This document shows positions 53,107-64,000 of a stretch of DNA of 64,000 bases, one piece after another. The position numbers and the translations under genes were made by a program. A model generated the notes under the pieces. That model ran no database searches and was not told the origin of the DNA. It was given only the letters and a program-made list of their open reading frames with translations. This DNA is from Octopus vulgaris (taxonomy: Eukaryota), in contig OX597824.1 in the NCBI GenBank assembly GCA_951406725.2, positions 73,656,001 to 73,720,000 of the forward strand, given 5' to 3'. The first letter of the stretch is position 1, and every line of letters starts with the position of its first letter.

Positions 53107-53846
53107 TCCTCCTCAAAATATATTTACACACCAAGCAATTAAAGAGAAGAGATTTTTGAAATTAGTCATTACTCATTTTGCCCCATTTTAGACATCATTT
53201 TTTTTTTTTTTTTTTTTTTGAAATTTGAAAATTATCAAATTAGACATTAGTGTGGGGAAAAGATTGACTCGGAATCCAACAGAGAAAATAATATTGATTG
53301 TTAAATAGCCAAAATTACCCAGCTATTTTATCAGCAACATCAATTACAATCAGGTTGAAGTTAGGGAAAAATTTCTTGAAAAAAGAGGACCTACTACCTA
53401 TGTTTCGGGATCCCCCAACTTCAACAACAACAACAACTATGCTGACCAATTTTCACTCCTAAATAACGTAGTAATACAAAATGATGATGCAATACTTGCA
53501 ATGTAATGATTTCAAACAGGTAGGGAGAAAATGATGAAAAATCAGAAGTTACTAAATTTGCCCGAAAGCCCTTATTTATTTTTCATGAAGTTACGAAGAA
53601 ACAAATTGACTCATGTGAATTATCCAAATCTCTTCTCCGCACTCTTGGAAAAATATCTTACACAACAAATTCTTTATAGGTGCAGGAGTGGCTGAGTGGT
53701 AAGTAGCTTGCTTACTAACCACATGGTTCCAGGTTCAGTCCCACTCCGTGGCACCTTGGGCAAGTGTCTTCTACTATAGCCTCGGGCCAATCAAAGCCTT
53801 GTGAGTGGATTTGGTAGAAACTGAAAGAAGCCCGTCATATATATGC

Positions 53847-53884
<38 letters not shown>

Positions 53885-54420
53885 TTGTGTGTGTGTGTTT
53901 GTCCCCCACCCCACCATCGCTTGACAACCGATGCTGGTGTGTTTGTCTCCGTAACTTAGCATTTCGGTAAAAAGAGACCAATAGAATAAGTACTAGGCTT
54001 ACAAAGAATAAGTCCTGGGGTCGATTTGCTCGACTAAAGGCAGTGCTCCAGCATGGCCGCAGTCAGATGGCTGAAACAAGTAAATGAGTAAATAATCGGA
54101 ATTTATATCCCGTCAAGCGTATTTGTAGAAAATTTCATCTAAAAACATTCATTTTTCAGGATGTTATGAGGAAACAAAATCAGGTGGTGGTGCTGGGCGC
54201 ACCAGTGTAGGTATGCCAAATTAAGTATCACTTAAGTGCTGAAGTCGATGTAATCAACTTGCTCTATCCCTTAAAAACTGCTGGCCTTGTACCAAAATTA
54301 GAAAGAAAAAGTGAGTGGTGATAAGAAAAAAAAATCAGAGGCATATATTTTGGTGGTGGTGATATTGGTGACAGCCACAGGTCAACAGCTTTAAATTTAA
54401 TGTAGCAAGGAGAAGAATAG

Positions 54421-54815
54421 GGATCTTTTCGGTTTGAACGGCAGTTTTTTCTAGCGGTGTCATATGAAATTGTCACCCATAATTATGACCCTAGTATCGA
54501 TCTATTGCATTTCAATCTGCTTTAGGGTTAGGAGTGGGGGGAAGGGTATCTTTTTTTTCTTCACAAATGTAAATAAACCCAATCTGTTTCTTAAACGAAG
54601 GACATATTCATACGGCACCGAATGCTTTTTACCTCAATAGACGTCAGTGATTGGTTGAAATTGCAGAATTTGAAGAAAAAAACAACAAATATCTTACAAA
54701 CTATAGAGTTTACTCAATAAAGCCAAGAGAAAAAGATGTTTTATAAACACATTCTACCAGTATACGAAGTTTAAAAGTTTTTAGTTACCTACTGCCGTTC
54801 AAACCGAAAAGATCA
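54421..54815. mobile_element. MITE related to 8576-8950, 8-bp TSD
   Basis: TIR GGATCTTTTCGGTTTGAACGGCAGT / ACTGCCGTTCAAACCGAAAAGATC; TSD AAGAATAG on both sides; shares the internal block ccaagagaaaaagatgttttataaac. Confidence 0.85.
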
Positions 54816-54920
54816 AAGAATAGATCAAGACAAGCTATATGTCAACATCACCCGAGCACTGTATACAATAATTTCATTATTATTATTATTATTATTCTTT
54901 CTTTTCTTCCTTTTTAACCT

Positions 54921-55304
54921 GGAAGCACTCCGTCGGTTCCGACGACGAGGGTTCCGGTTGATCCGAATCAACGGAACAGCCTGCTCGTGAAATTAACGTG
55001 TAAGTGGCTGAGCACTCCACAGACACGTGCACCCTTAACGTAGTTCTCGGGGATATTCAGCGTGACACAGAGAGTGACAAGGCCGGCGCCTTGAAATACA
55101 GGTACAACAGAAACAGGAAGTAAGAGTGAGAGAAAGTTGTGGTGAAAGAGTACTGCAGGGATCACCACCATCCCCTGCCGGAGCCTCGTGGAAATCTTTT
55201 AGGTGTTTTCGCTCAATAAACACTCACAACGCCCGGGCTGGGAATCGAAACCGCGATCCTATGACCGCGAGTCCGCTGCCCTAACCACTAGGCCATTGCG
55301 CCTC
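54921..55304 (-). mobile_element. tRNA-derived SINE family D, just upstream of ALG5
   Basis: GAGGCGCAATGGCCTAGTGGTTAGGGCAGCGGACTCGCGG...GGTTTCGATTCCC; near-identical to 20076-20457. Confidence 0.9.
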
Positions 55305-55448
55305 CTATTTTTTATTATTCACCCCCCCTCCCACACTGCAAACACTTTTGATTACGTAGGACAGAGTGATTCGGCTAGTGAAGAACTCTTCTGCGTTTTG
55401 AAAACTCAAAAAGATACAAACACTCAACAAATATCGTCAGACGTGGCG

Positions 55449-56411
55449 ATGTTATTCGCCGGTTTAATTATCATCGCTTTGGTGATATTGGTATTTTTAT
55501 TTGTTATATATATCGTCGCGGAACCCCATCCAAGCCTTGAACGTCATGAGTCCGAAATGTTCTTTGTCGATCCGAAAAACAACAAAAGAAAGTTACGTTT
55601 TTTGCATAATACCGACGCTGCCTCTATAGACCTTTCTGTTGTGGTACCTGCGTATAATGAAGAGGAACGAATGCCGCAGATGTTAAACGAAGCTATAGCT
55701 TACTTAAACAAACGACAGAAAAGTAACCCCGCTTTTACGTACGAGATAATTATCGTTGACGATGGCAGTAGCGACGGCACTACAGAAACCGGACTGTTGT
55801 ACGTGGGGAAGTATGGAGTGGATAAAATCCGGGTGTTGACGCTTGAGAAAAATCGCGGTAAAGGAGGCGCAATCCGTCTGGGAGTGTTGTCGTCCCGTGG
55901 TCGGAGAATACTCTTCGCCGATGCTGATGGAGCCACTAAGTTCAGTGATCTGGATAAATTGGAAAAGAAATTAGAGCAAGAAATTCGTAAAATTCCATCA
56001 AATTTGGTCGTAATTTGCGGTTCACGAGCACACTTGGAAAAAGATTCTATAGCCACACGGACCTACTTTAGGACTATTCTCATGTACGGTTTCCACTTTG
56101 TTGTTTGGCTTCTCTGCGTGAGAGGTGTGAAGGATACCCAATGTGGATTTAAACTGCTGAGTAGAGAGGCCGCTTTGCTTCTGTTCCGAAACTTACACGT
56201 GGAAAGGTGGGCTTTCGATGTTGACATTCTTTATCTTGCGCAGTATTTTAAAATGAGAATTGCAGAAGTAGCTGTCACTTGGGAAGAAATTGAAGGCTCT
56301 AAATTAGTTCCTTTCTGGAGCTGGTTGCAAATGGGCAAGGACCTCTTCCTCATTTGGCTTCACTATTCTATTGGAGCGTGGAGAATTAATTCAAAGCGGA
56401 AAGTCACGTAA
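55449..56411 (+). CDS. ALG5: Dolichyl-phosphate beta-glucosyltransferase (GT2 family), single exon, 320 aa
   Basis: First ATG at 55449 (gcgATG), then an N-terminal TM helix. Motifs SVVVPAYNE, EIIIVDDGSSDGT, NRGKGGAIR, LFADADG, DTQCGFKL, RWAFDVDIL, EIEGSKL. No stops or frameshifts. Confidence 0.95.
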   Translation: MLFAGLIIIALVILVFLFVIYIVAEPHPSLERHESEMFFVDPKNNKRKLRFLHNTDAASIDLSVVVPAYNEEERMPQMLNEAIAYLNKRQKSNPAFTYEIIIVDDGSSDGTTETGLLYVGKYGVDKIRVLTLEKNRGKGGAIRLGVLSSRGRRILFADADGATKFSDLDKLEKKLEQEIRKIPSNLVVICGSRAHLEKDSIATRTYFRTILMYGFHFVVWLLCVRGVKDTQCGFKLLSREAALLLFRNLHVERWAFDVDILYLAQYFKMRIAEVAVTWEEIEGSKLVPFWSWLQMGKDLFLIWLHYSIGAWRINSKRKVT

Positions 56412-57176
56412 AATATTTATATTTATCTAAGTCCATGACGATAATTATTAACTGTTATAATTATTTTTATAATCATTATTGGATAGGGACCAGATTGATG
56501 GATCGACGGAGTAAATATGATGTTCTATTTAATAATCTCCCTTTACGTTCTGAGTTCAAATCTTACCCGGGTCGATAAAATCAGAGTCCAGTCAAGTACT
56601 GTGGTCAATTAAGTCGGTTATACCCCAAAACCTGAATTTGTGCTTGGATATGTGTTGGGATTATAACAGAAAAATATAGAGAAATTGTATTGAGTTTGAC
56701 TTTTTACAGAATTCAACGTTTGAATTACGGCCAGGATAAGATCCTACGGGGATCCATACTGTAGCACTGCCTTTATTAGGTTTAATCGATTATATCAATC
56801 CATGTACTTTGATCGACTTTAGAAAGACGACAGGCAAAAGTGGACCTGGGTAAGATTTTAAACACGAAAACGTAAAGGGACTTAACTAAATTCCACGAGG
56901 AATTTAGTCCCTCGGTTTATCAATTCTGACGTAACTCTCCTCAAAAAGTTTTTTTAAAAATTTAAAACATAAACAGACAAAAAATAATGCATTCCGCTAA
57001 ACTGTAATATATTATTTTTGGTTGAAATATATTTTAGACGGTTTAAAGTTTTCAATATCTGTCATCTTTCAAGTTTTTTTTTTCCTCACCGCCTGCAACT
57101 CAGCAATTTAAAAACAATTTTTTCTTTTCATTTATAAAATCAAAAAGAGAATTTAATCAAGGCAAACACCTGTTTC

Positions 57177-57593
57177 GGCAATCTTTCGTCTCTAGTAGAC
57201 CTTTCCGTCGATTTCCGTAAAAAATTTTTTTTTTTTACATATGGGCTTGCAGGAACTTTTGAAGTAATGAGAGCGAAAGAGACTAAGAGAAAGCGATTGT
57301 ATGACGAGGGAAATTCTTTTGAAGTTACCGTGCATGGGAGCATTGATGTACATGTGTGTGTTTGATGGGGTGTGGGAGACAGACAGTATATTGTGTAAGT
57401 GAAGTGCTTCTGTTAGTATGTGTGAAGAGACAGAGCAATGTGTGAAAGAAAGAGATAACTGAAATTTTTTACTCGGTGTATGTGTATATGTATGTATAGT
57501 ACTTCAAAAGTTCCCGCAAGCCCATATGTAAAAAAAAAAAAAAATTATTTTACGGAAATCAACGGAAAGGTCTACTAGAGACGAAAGATCGCC
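57177..57593. mobile_element. MITE with ~90-bp TIRs, GG termini and 8-bp TSD
   Basis: GGCAATCTTTCGTCTCTAGTAGACC...GGTCTACTAGAGACGAAAGATCGCC; TSD CCTGTTTC at 57169-57176 and 57594-57601. Confidence 0.85.
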
Positions 57594-58988
57594 CCTGTTT
57601 CTGTTTTGAACTATAGCAAGTTTATTTTATTTTATTTTTTCATTTGTGAAAAAAAACAACAACAACAAACAAATAAGGACATTTTGTTATGAACATCAAC
57701 ATGTTTTTATCCCAATTTTTTTTTCTCTTCTAATAAAATAACAGAAACAGTTGTTATATTCGTCTTAATGTTACTCTTTTTCCGTAAAACTACAATGCAC
57801 ATTTAACTCTACTGATCAATGAAATGTAACATGCCTGAGCATGTAATTATTCTATAGTAATCAGTTTTATAATGATTGCACAAGATTGTAAATAACATAA
57901 ACGCAAGCTTATATATGACTGAATCGCAACATTTGTTACATACATACACACACATATACATACAAACAAACAAAAATACCCTGTTGTTGATGTTGAAATT
58001 CCAATGAAGGAGCCTTGGATCTAGGTTAGAAACAGGTTCTTTTTCTATTGGCAAGAAATCTTGATAGGAACTGAATAATGTTATACATACATATATAAAT
58101 ATGTGACCGACCAGGCTATCAGATGTTGCTACACATCGCTGGTCACAATGCGCTTCGCATTGTTTTAGCCTTCAAATGACGCCACCCCGCTGGCTTAGCG
58201 AGCAGGCCAACAGAAGAAAGAGTGAGAGAAACTTGTGGAGCTTTGGGTGTTTTTGCTCAATAAACACTCACAACACCCGGTCTGGGAATCGAAACCGCGA
58301 TCCTACGACCTCGAGTCCGCTTCCCTAACCACTGGGCCATTGCGCCTCTACATATACATATATATACAAAGAGAGAGAGAGAGACTGGGGGGAGAAGTAG
58401 CTGTAGGTGTACATGTATATACATACATACAGACAAACAGACAGAGGTAGTTGTGTACTTCAGAGGTTTGCTTCCCAACCACATGGTTTGGGGTTCAGTC
58501 CCACTACATAGCACTCTGGGTAAGTGTCGTCTATTACTGACCTAAGTTATGACCAACGTCTTGTGAGTGGATTTAGTAGACAGAAACTGAAAGAAGCTTA
58601 TTGTGTGTATTTTTGTTTCCTTGTCTTTGCTACATGTAGTAGTTGTAAATGTGTGTCAGTCACACAAGCAGTGTAATTCGTTTCCTGTATTCTGTGAAAA
58701 TATGCATGGCCATTGGGAAAGATTACGCGACTTGGAAACAGGTGAGGTATCCAGCTGTAGAAAATCTGGCTCAATAAACTTCATCCAACCCAGGTAGGCA
58801 TCAAAAAGTGGTGATGATGAGACACGTGTATGTGTGTGTGTTCATGTTAAGATATACATCTTAACGTGGACAGACACTACATGTATTTATACACACACAC
58901 ACACACACACACACAGAGATATACTCACCCACTGCCTGTAGCTGAACAATTTTGGGAGAAGTGCAACTATAAACAGACACATACTTGT

Positions 58989-59205
58989 GTTAGTTAGTTA
59001 ATTTGGCTCAAAAGCAAATAGCAAGGCCATGTAGGGGGACATGGAGTTAAGTACAGGGTGGTGTTCATGTAAAGAGTTCAGGCCACTTGAGGTCAAGGGA
59101 GGCTTTGAACAAAGCGGTCGTCGGCATCTTCACCATCTCGTCTGGCAGCTTGTTCCACGGATCCGCAACCCGGATGGAGAAAGCTCCTCTCCTTCGAATT
59201 GAGAT
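58989..59205 (-). mobile_element. Short 5'-truncated copy of the same CR1-like LINE
   Basis: Nearly identical to ~63543-63757, including the TAAC tail. Confidence 0.9.
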
Positions 59206-59495
59206 TGTGTGTATGTATATATGTCCAAAAATTACCTTCACAATTTGAAAAATTCAGAAAAAGTGAAAAATAAGGATAATTCAGCAGAGTTTATTGGAGA
59301 ACCTTGACAAACAAAGTTTTATTAGAAACATCAAAATACTTCATTGTGGGCTCTATTAGTTGCATGCAACATATCTAGATATAAATTGTGGAAATGGTAA
59401 AGATATGAATACCCTATATATATATATATACGTGTGTGTGTGTATCATCATCATCATCATCAAATAATGCTGGCATGGTTTGGACGTTTTATATG

Positions 59496-59551
<56 letters not shown>

Positions 59552-59954
59552 CATATATATATATATATATATATGTACATATATATATATATACATATAT
59601 ATATATACATATATATATATATATCGTCGTCGTCGTTTAACGTCCGCTTTCCATGCTAGCATGGGTTGGACGGTTTGACTGTGGGCTGGCGAACCAGATG
59701 GCTGCACCAAGCCCAGTCTGATCTGGCAATGTTTCTACGGCTGGATGCCCTTCCTCACGCCAACCACTCCGTGAGTGTAGTGAGTGCTTTTTATGTGCCA
59801 CCGGCACAGGTGCCAGACAAGGCTGGCAAACAGCCACGATCGGATGGTGCTTTTTACGTGCCTGCATGCAACAATGATGGTGGTGTTCAAGTACTGCTAC
59901 TGTTTACTGACTGGAGCCAGCAAATTAGAAGAGTTCACAAAAAATGAAACTTAC

Positions 59955-60115
59955 CATTTACTGAGGTTCCGAACCGAGGAATCCATTGACACAGATTCAT
60001 CTAACAAGAACTCATACATTACATAATTCTGGAATATCCCTCCAGGGCTGAGTCCTGTTCCAATCATTGAACTGTTTGCAGGAGAACGTGCATTTGCTGG
60101 ACCCACATTGACACT
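59955..60115 (-). pseudogene. NAGLU: Orphan exon resembling alpha-N-acetylglucosaminidase (GH89, NAGLU-like), probably inactive
   Basis: SVNVGPANARSPANSSMIGTGLSPGGIFQNYVMYEFLLDESVSMDSSVRNLSK(W), followed by a perfect GTAAGT donor. Aligns by eye to human [53 protein letters not shown]. No good acceptor and no other NAGLU exons seen. Confidence 0.75.
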
Positions 60116-60130
60116 TATATATATATATAT

Positions 60131-60437
60131 GAGGGCGCAATGGCCCGGTGGTTAGGGCAGCGGACTCGCGGTTGTAGGATCGCGGTTTCGATTCCCAGAC
60201 CATGCGTTGTGAGTGTTTATTGAGCAAAAACACCTAAAGCTCCACGAGGCTCCGGCAGGGGGTGGTGGCGATCCCTGCTTTACTCTTTCGCCACAACTTT
60301 CCCTCACTCTTTCTTCTGTTGGCCTGCTTGCTTATCCAGCGGGGTGGTGTCATTTGAAGGCTTAAACAATGCGAAGCGCATTTTGACCGCCGATGTGTTG
60401 CAACATCTGATTGCCTGGTCAGTCACGGTGACGGTGA
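60131..60437 (+). mobile_element. SINE family D variant with an alternative 3' half (also 58103-58348, -)
   Basis: Same tRNA head and ctctttc.ccacaactttc block, then ttctgttggcctgc...gcaacatctgat instead of the family-D tail. Confidence 0.8.
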
Positions 60438-61717
60438 TATATATATATATATACATACATACATATAATTTCTATTATTCAAAAGTGTCGTAAAACGAAA
60501 AAATAGTTTCACCATTCCATAGCAAAACTATTGTTCAATACTTTAACAATTTTTGATATCTTGGCATCTTAAGCAGTTGGAGATGCGATAGTTTGACCAA
60601 AAAAACTGTCTATTGCAAACAAAAATAAATGTTGAAAAACTGCATTTGGCCAAATTTGGACATATGACAGCTTTACATAATAGCAATGATATATATATGT
60701 ATAAATAAACATTTAAGTGTTGGGTATGTTCCTAGGTCAGGAGTAGCTGTGTGGTATGTAGCTTGCTTACCAACCACATGGTTTCGGGTTCATTCCCACT
60801 GCGTGGCACCTTGGGCAAGTGTCTTCTACTATAGCCTCGAGCCGACCAAAGCCTTGTGAGTGGATTTGGTAGACGGAAACTGATAGAAACCTATTGTATG
60901 TGTGTGTGTGTCTGTGTTTGTCACCCCAACATCGCTTGACAACCGATGGTGGTGTGTTTACATCCCCGTAACTTAGTGGTTTGTCAAGCAATGTTGGGGG
61001 GACAAACATATATCTATATATATATATATATACATCAGGCTTCTTTCAGTTTCCGTCTACCAAATTCACTCACAAGGCTTTGGTTGGCCCAAAGCTATTG
61101 TAACAAGACACTTGCCCAAGGTGCCACACAGTGGGACTGAACCCAGAACCATGTGGTTGGTAAGCAAGCTACTTACCACGCAGCCACTCCTGCACCCTCT
61201 GTTTAACTCTACATATGGGAGGGTGTACATGTACACAGAACAGCTAGTGCAAGTATGGGTTAGTGCCCTTCTATAATAGTTTAACCTCTCTTCATCTAGC
61301 ACACAGCCACATCCCTCAGTATCACTCCCCCTCTCAGTTGAGTGGTCATTGTTGTGCAAGTTATTCAGTGACCTTGTTGGTGCTGCTGCCATATAAAATG
61401 CACACAGTATACTTTCTATAAACTGGCTGGCATTAGGAAGGGCATCCATCTGTAGAGACCATGCCAAGATAGAGAGCAGAGTTTGGTTCAGTCCTCTGGC
61501 TTACTAGATTCTGTCAAACCATCCAACCCGTGCCAGCATGGAAAAAAGGATATCAAATGGTGGTGATGATAATATTAGTAGTGGCATTGCTACATTCAGA
61601 TACCATAGCCTCACACAACTTAGGAAGGCAGACACTTTAACCCTTTTGATGCTAACCTGTTTAAGACATTCCTTGGTTCTATGATACAAACTGTGTTAAA
61701 GTAATCTAAATTAACCC

Positions 61718-62224
61718 TTTGCTTGCGAAGACCTGTTGAGGCAAGTGAAATCAAAATCAAATTCGATGACTGGTATCTGTGCTGGTGGAGTGCTAAGAGT
61801 ACCATATGAGTGAGATCTTTGGTAGAGCAACAAGCTGGCCTCTGTGCCGATGGCATGTAAAAAACACCATTCGAGCATGATCGTTACCTGCGTCACCTTA
61901 CTGGCACTTGTGCTAGTGGCACATGAAAAAACATTCGAGTGAGGTCGTTGCCAGTGCCGCTGGACTGGCTCCTGTGCTGGTAGCACATAAAAAGCACCAT
62001 TTGAGCGTGGCTGTTGCCAGTTACTGCCTAACTAGCCCTCGTGCCGGTGGCATGTAAAAGCACCCACCAAACTCTTGGAGTGGTTGGTGTTAGGAAGGGC
62101 ATCCAGCTGTAGAAACTCTGCCAGATCAGATTAGAGTCTGGTGCAGCCATCTGGTTCGCCAGACCTCAGTCAAATCGTCCAACCCATGCTAGCATGGAAA
62201 GCAGACATTAAACTATGATGATGA
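61718..62224 (+). mobile_element. Repeat family C: non-autonomous retroposon with internal ~60-67-nt tandem modules and (TGA)n tail. Others at ~10710, 33822, 41580 (+) and ~12640, 13690, 14749, 16340, 16525, 47260, 59625 (-)
   Basis: Shared 3' block GGTTGGCGTTAGGAAGGGCATCCAGCTGTAGAAAC...CCCATGCTAGCATGGAAAGCGGACGTTAAACGATGATGA. Confidence 0.85.
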
Positions 62225-63379
62225 ACATTTAAACCAGCCATATCCAGCTAAAATATTTGACCTGTTTTATGTTCAAACTGGCTAGATCCGGGCTCTCACA
62301 CCCACACTAAAGTGACATTCTAAAAATAAACAACCACATCCTCAACATCTCAAAGCTGCAAGACATTGATTGATTAAAGCAAAATATTGTGAATAAAAAA
62401 ACACATTACATTTGACAGAATAATCTGAATGCTAAAGAGTTAAATAAATAAATAAATGCGACCTTTTAAAGCCTAGCCAGGCTCATGGGCCCGGTTTCCC
62501 GGTTTCAATGGCGTATGTATTTCCCAGCTGGACGGGACGCCAGTCCATCGCAGCGTTACTCGTTTTTGCCAGCTGAGTAGACTTGAACAACATGAAATGA
62601 AGTGCTTGGCTCAAGAACACAATGCATCACCATGTCCAGGAATCGAAACCACAATCTTACGATCATGATGCTGACACCCTAACCACTAGGCCACGCGCCA
62701 CCACAAAGAGTTAAAACCTTCCATGAAAATATATTAATTTCTGTTCTAAACATCAGCTTAATAATGATGAAGTTATTCTTTGATATTTTCAAAATTAATT
62801 AAAACAAAGGCAGAAAATAGCTACAAAAGAGTGAAGCTAGTAAGTCTCTATGTGGTGACTCAGCTTGCTAGAAATAGCAGTCAAATGCACTCGCATGCTA
62901 ACTTCTCAAAATGAAAGGATATACAGAAAAAATGTAATGCCACAGGCACAATATCTAAAAGTTAGATGAGATGGTCATAACTGGAACATTTTTCATCACA
63001 GGTTTGCCTGATCAAAACTGATCTGGGACTAAATAATAATATTAGTCCTATCTACACTATGCTGAGGAAAAAATTTAGGATGGTCACATCTGGAATGCCT
63101 TTGATCATATGTTTGCTGGATCGGAACTAAACTAGGGTGAAACAACAAGCAACAGTGTTTTAAAAAATATAAAACACCTTTGTATTTTACTTTTCCTGTT
63201 TTTTTTGTGTTTTTTTTTTTATATAGCCTAGGTTCAATCTCCACAGGAGAATGTTTATGTATACTGTTTATATTAGTCAGACTGATGTCCTCCCCTTAAT
63301 TGTTGTTTTCTCTATGTTTCAGCCTTCTTTGGGTGTCTTGCTTTGAATTTGGTTGTATCAGAATTCCAAACCTCACTCT

Positions 63380-63485
63380 TTATCTCCTACAAAACCAGAC
63401 CGTTAATTCTGATTTGTATTGTCATCAGCTTGCTAATTTGAATCAAAAAATCAACAGGAGAGGAGTAGTGTTCCAACTAGGAAAC
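63380..63485 (+). mobile_element. Mariner transposase fragment
   Basis: LLQNQTVNSDLYCHQLANLNQKINRRGVVFQLGN resembles mariner TINS..YCQQL..NRKGVVFHHDN. Confidence 0.6.
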
Positions 63486-63525
63486 TGAAAGAAGCCTGTT
63501 GTATATATGCATATATAGATCGTAA

Positions 63526-64000
63526 GTTAGTTAGTTAGTTAGTTAGTTAGTTAATTTGGCTCAAAAGCAAATAGCAAGGCCATGTAGGGGGACATGGAGT
63601 TAAGTACAGGGTGGTGTTCATGTAAAGAGTTCAGGCCACTTGAGGTCAAGGGAGGCTTTGAACAAAGCGGTCGTCGGCATCTTCACCATCTCGTCTGGCA
63701 GCTTGTTCCACGGATCCGCAACCCGGACGGAAAAAGCTCCTCTCCTTCGATTGAGATGAAATCGTCGCAGGTAGAGCTTTTCGGAATGACCCCGCAGCCG
63801 ACGCTCTGGAGCAGGAGTGAAGAACAGCTCTTTCGAGAGGTTACACTTTCTGCTTATGATGTTGTGGGCGAGAATGAGATCACCACGGTGGCAGCGTTTT
63901 TCAAGAGAATAAAGGTCGAGCGTCCTCAGCCTTTCTTCATAGGACAAATTTTTGAGACCATGAACCATGCGGGTAGCCAGCTTCTGGACTCTTTCGAGAT
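63526..64000 (-). mobile_element. CR1-like LINE 3' end, extends beyond the window
   Basis: GLKNLSYEERLRTLDLYSLEKR..RGDLI..RGHSEKL..FSVRVADPWNKLP..FKASLD; (TAAC)n tail. Confidence 0.9.

Noticed and set aside
55203-55448. 82-aa N-terminal extension of the ALG5 ORF in the ORF track
   Set aside because: Non-ATG start inside an antisense SINE. The first ATG at 55449 gives a normal-length ALG5 starting with its TM helix.
57080-57170. Minus-strand GCG|GTGAGG donor suggesting a first exon of a gene spanning ALG5
   Set aside because: No downstream minus-strand exons could be recognised.
57995-58045. ccaatgaaggagccttggatctaggttagaaacaggt, a possible degenerate hammerhead
   Set aside because: The CUGA core is absent and stem I pairing is poor; at most a relic.

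Overview
AT-rich, microsatellite- and SINE-dense eukaryotic genomic DNA. The repeat families suggest a coleoid cephalopod, probably Octopus (inference, not database-checked). Bases 2107-22479 (+) hold the last nine coding exons of a protein kinase D (PRKD) gene. All have GT-AG borders and consistent phases, covering the kinase domain to the stop codon; most are missed by the ORF track. A tRNA-Arg(CCT) gene lies antisense in one intron (9528-9600), and an intact single-exon ALG5 gene lies at 55449-56411 (+). An orphan NAGLU-like exon with the catalytic Glu changed to Gly lies at 59955-60115 (-). The rest is repeats: several SINE families, mariner/Tc2/piggyBac/Merlin-like MITEs, Helitrons, RTE/CR1/R4/Penelope fragments and minisatellites. 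Most unusual: a tRNA-headed SINE-like element carrying a Penelope-type minimal hammerhead ribozyme (51607-51886, -), a second hammerhead-like motif sense to the PKD pre-mRNA, four unrelated fold-back palindromes next to (TA)n tracts, a retroposon family built from tandem hairpin+pseudoknot-like modules, and a candidate alternative last exon of PKD. Repeat boundaries were read by eye and are approximate.
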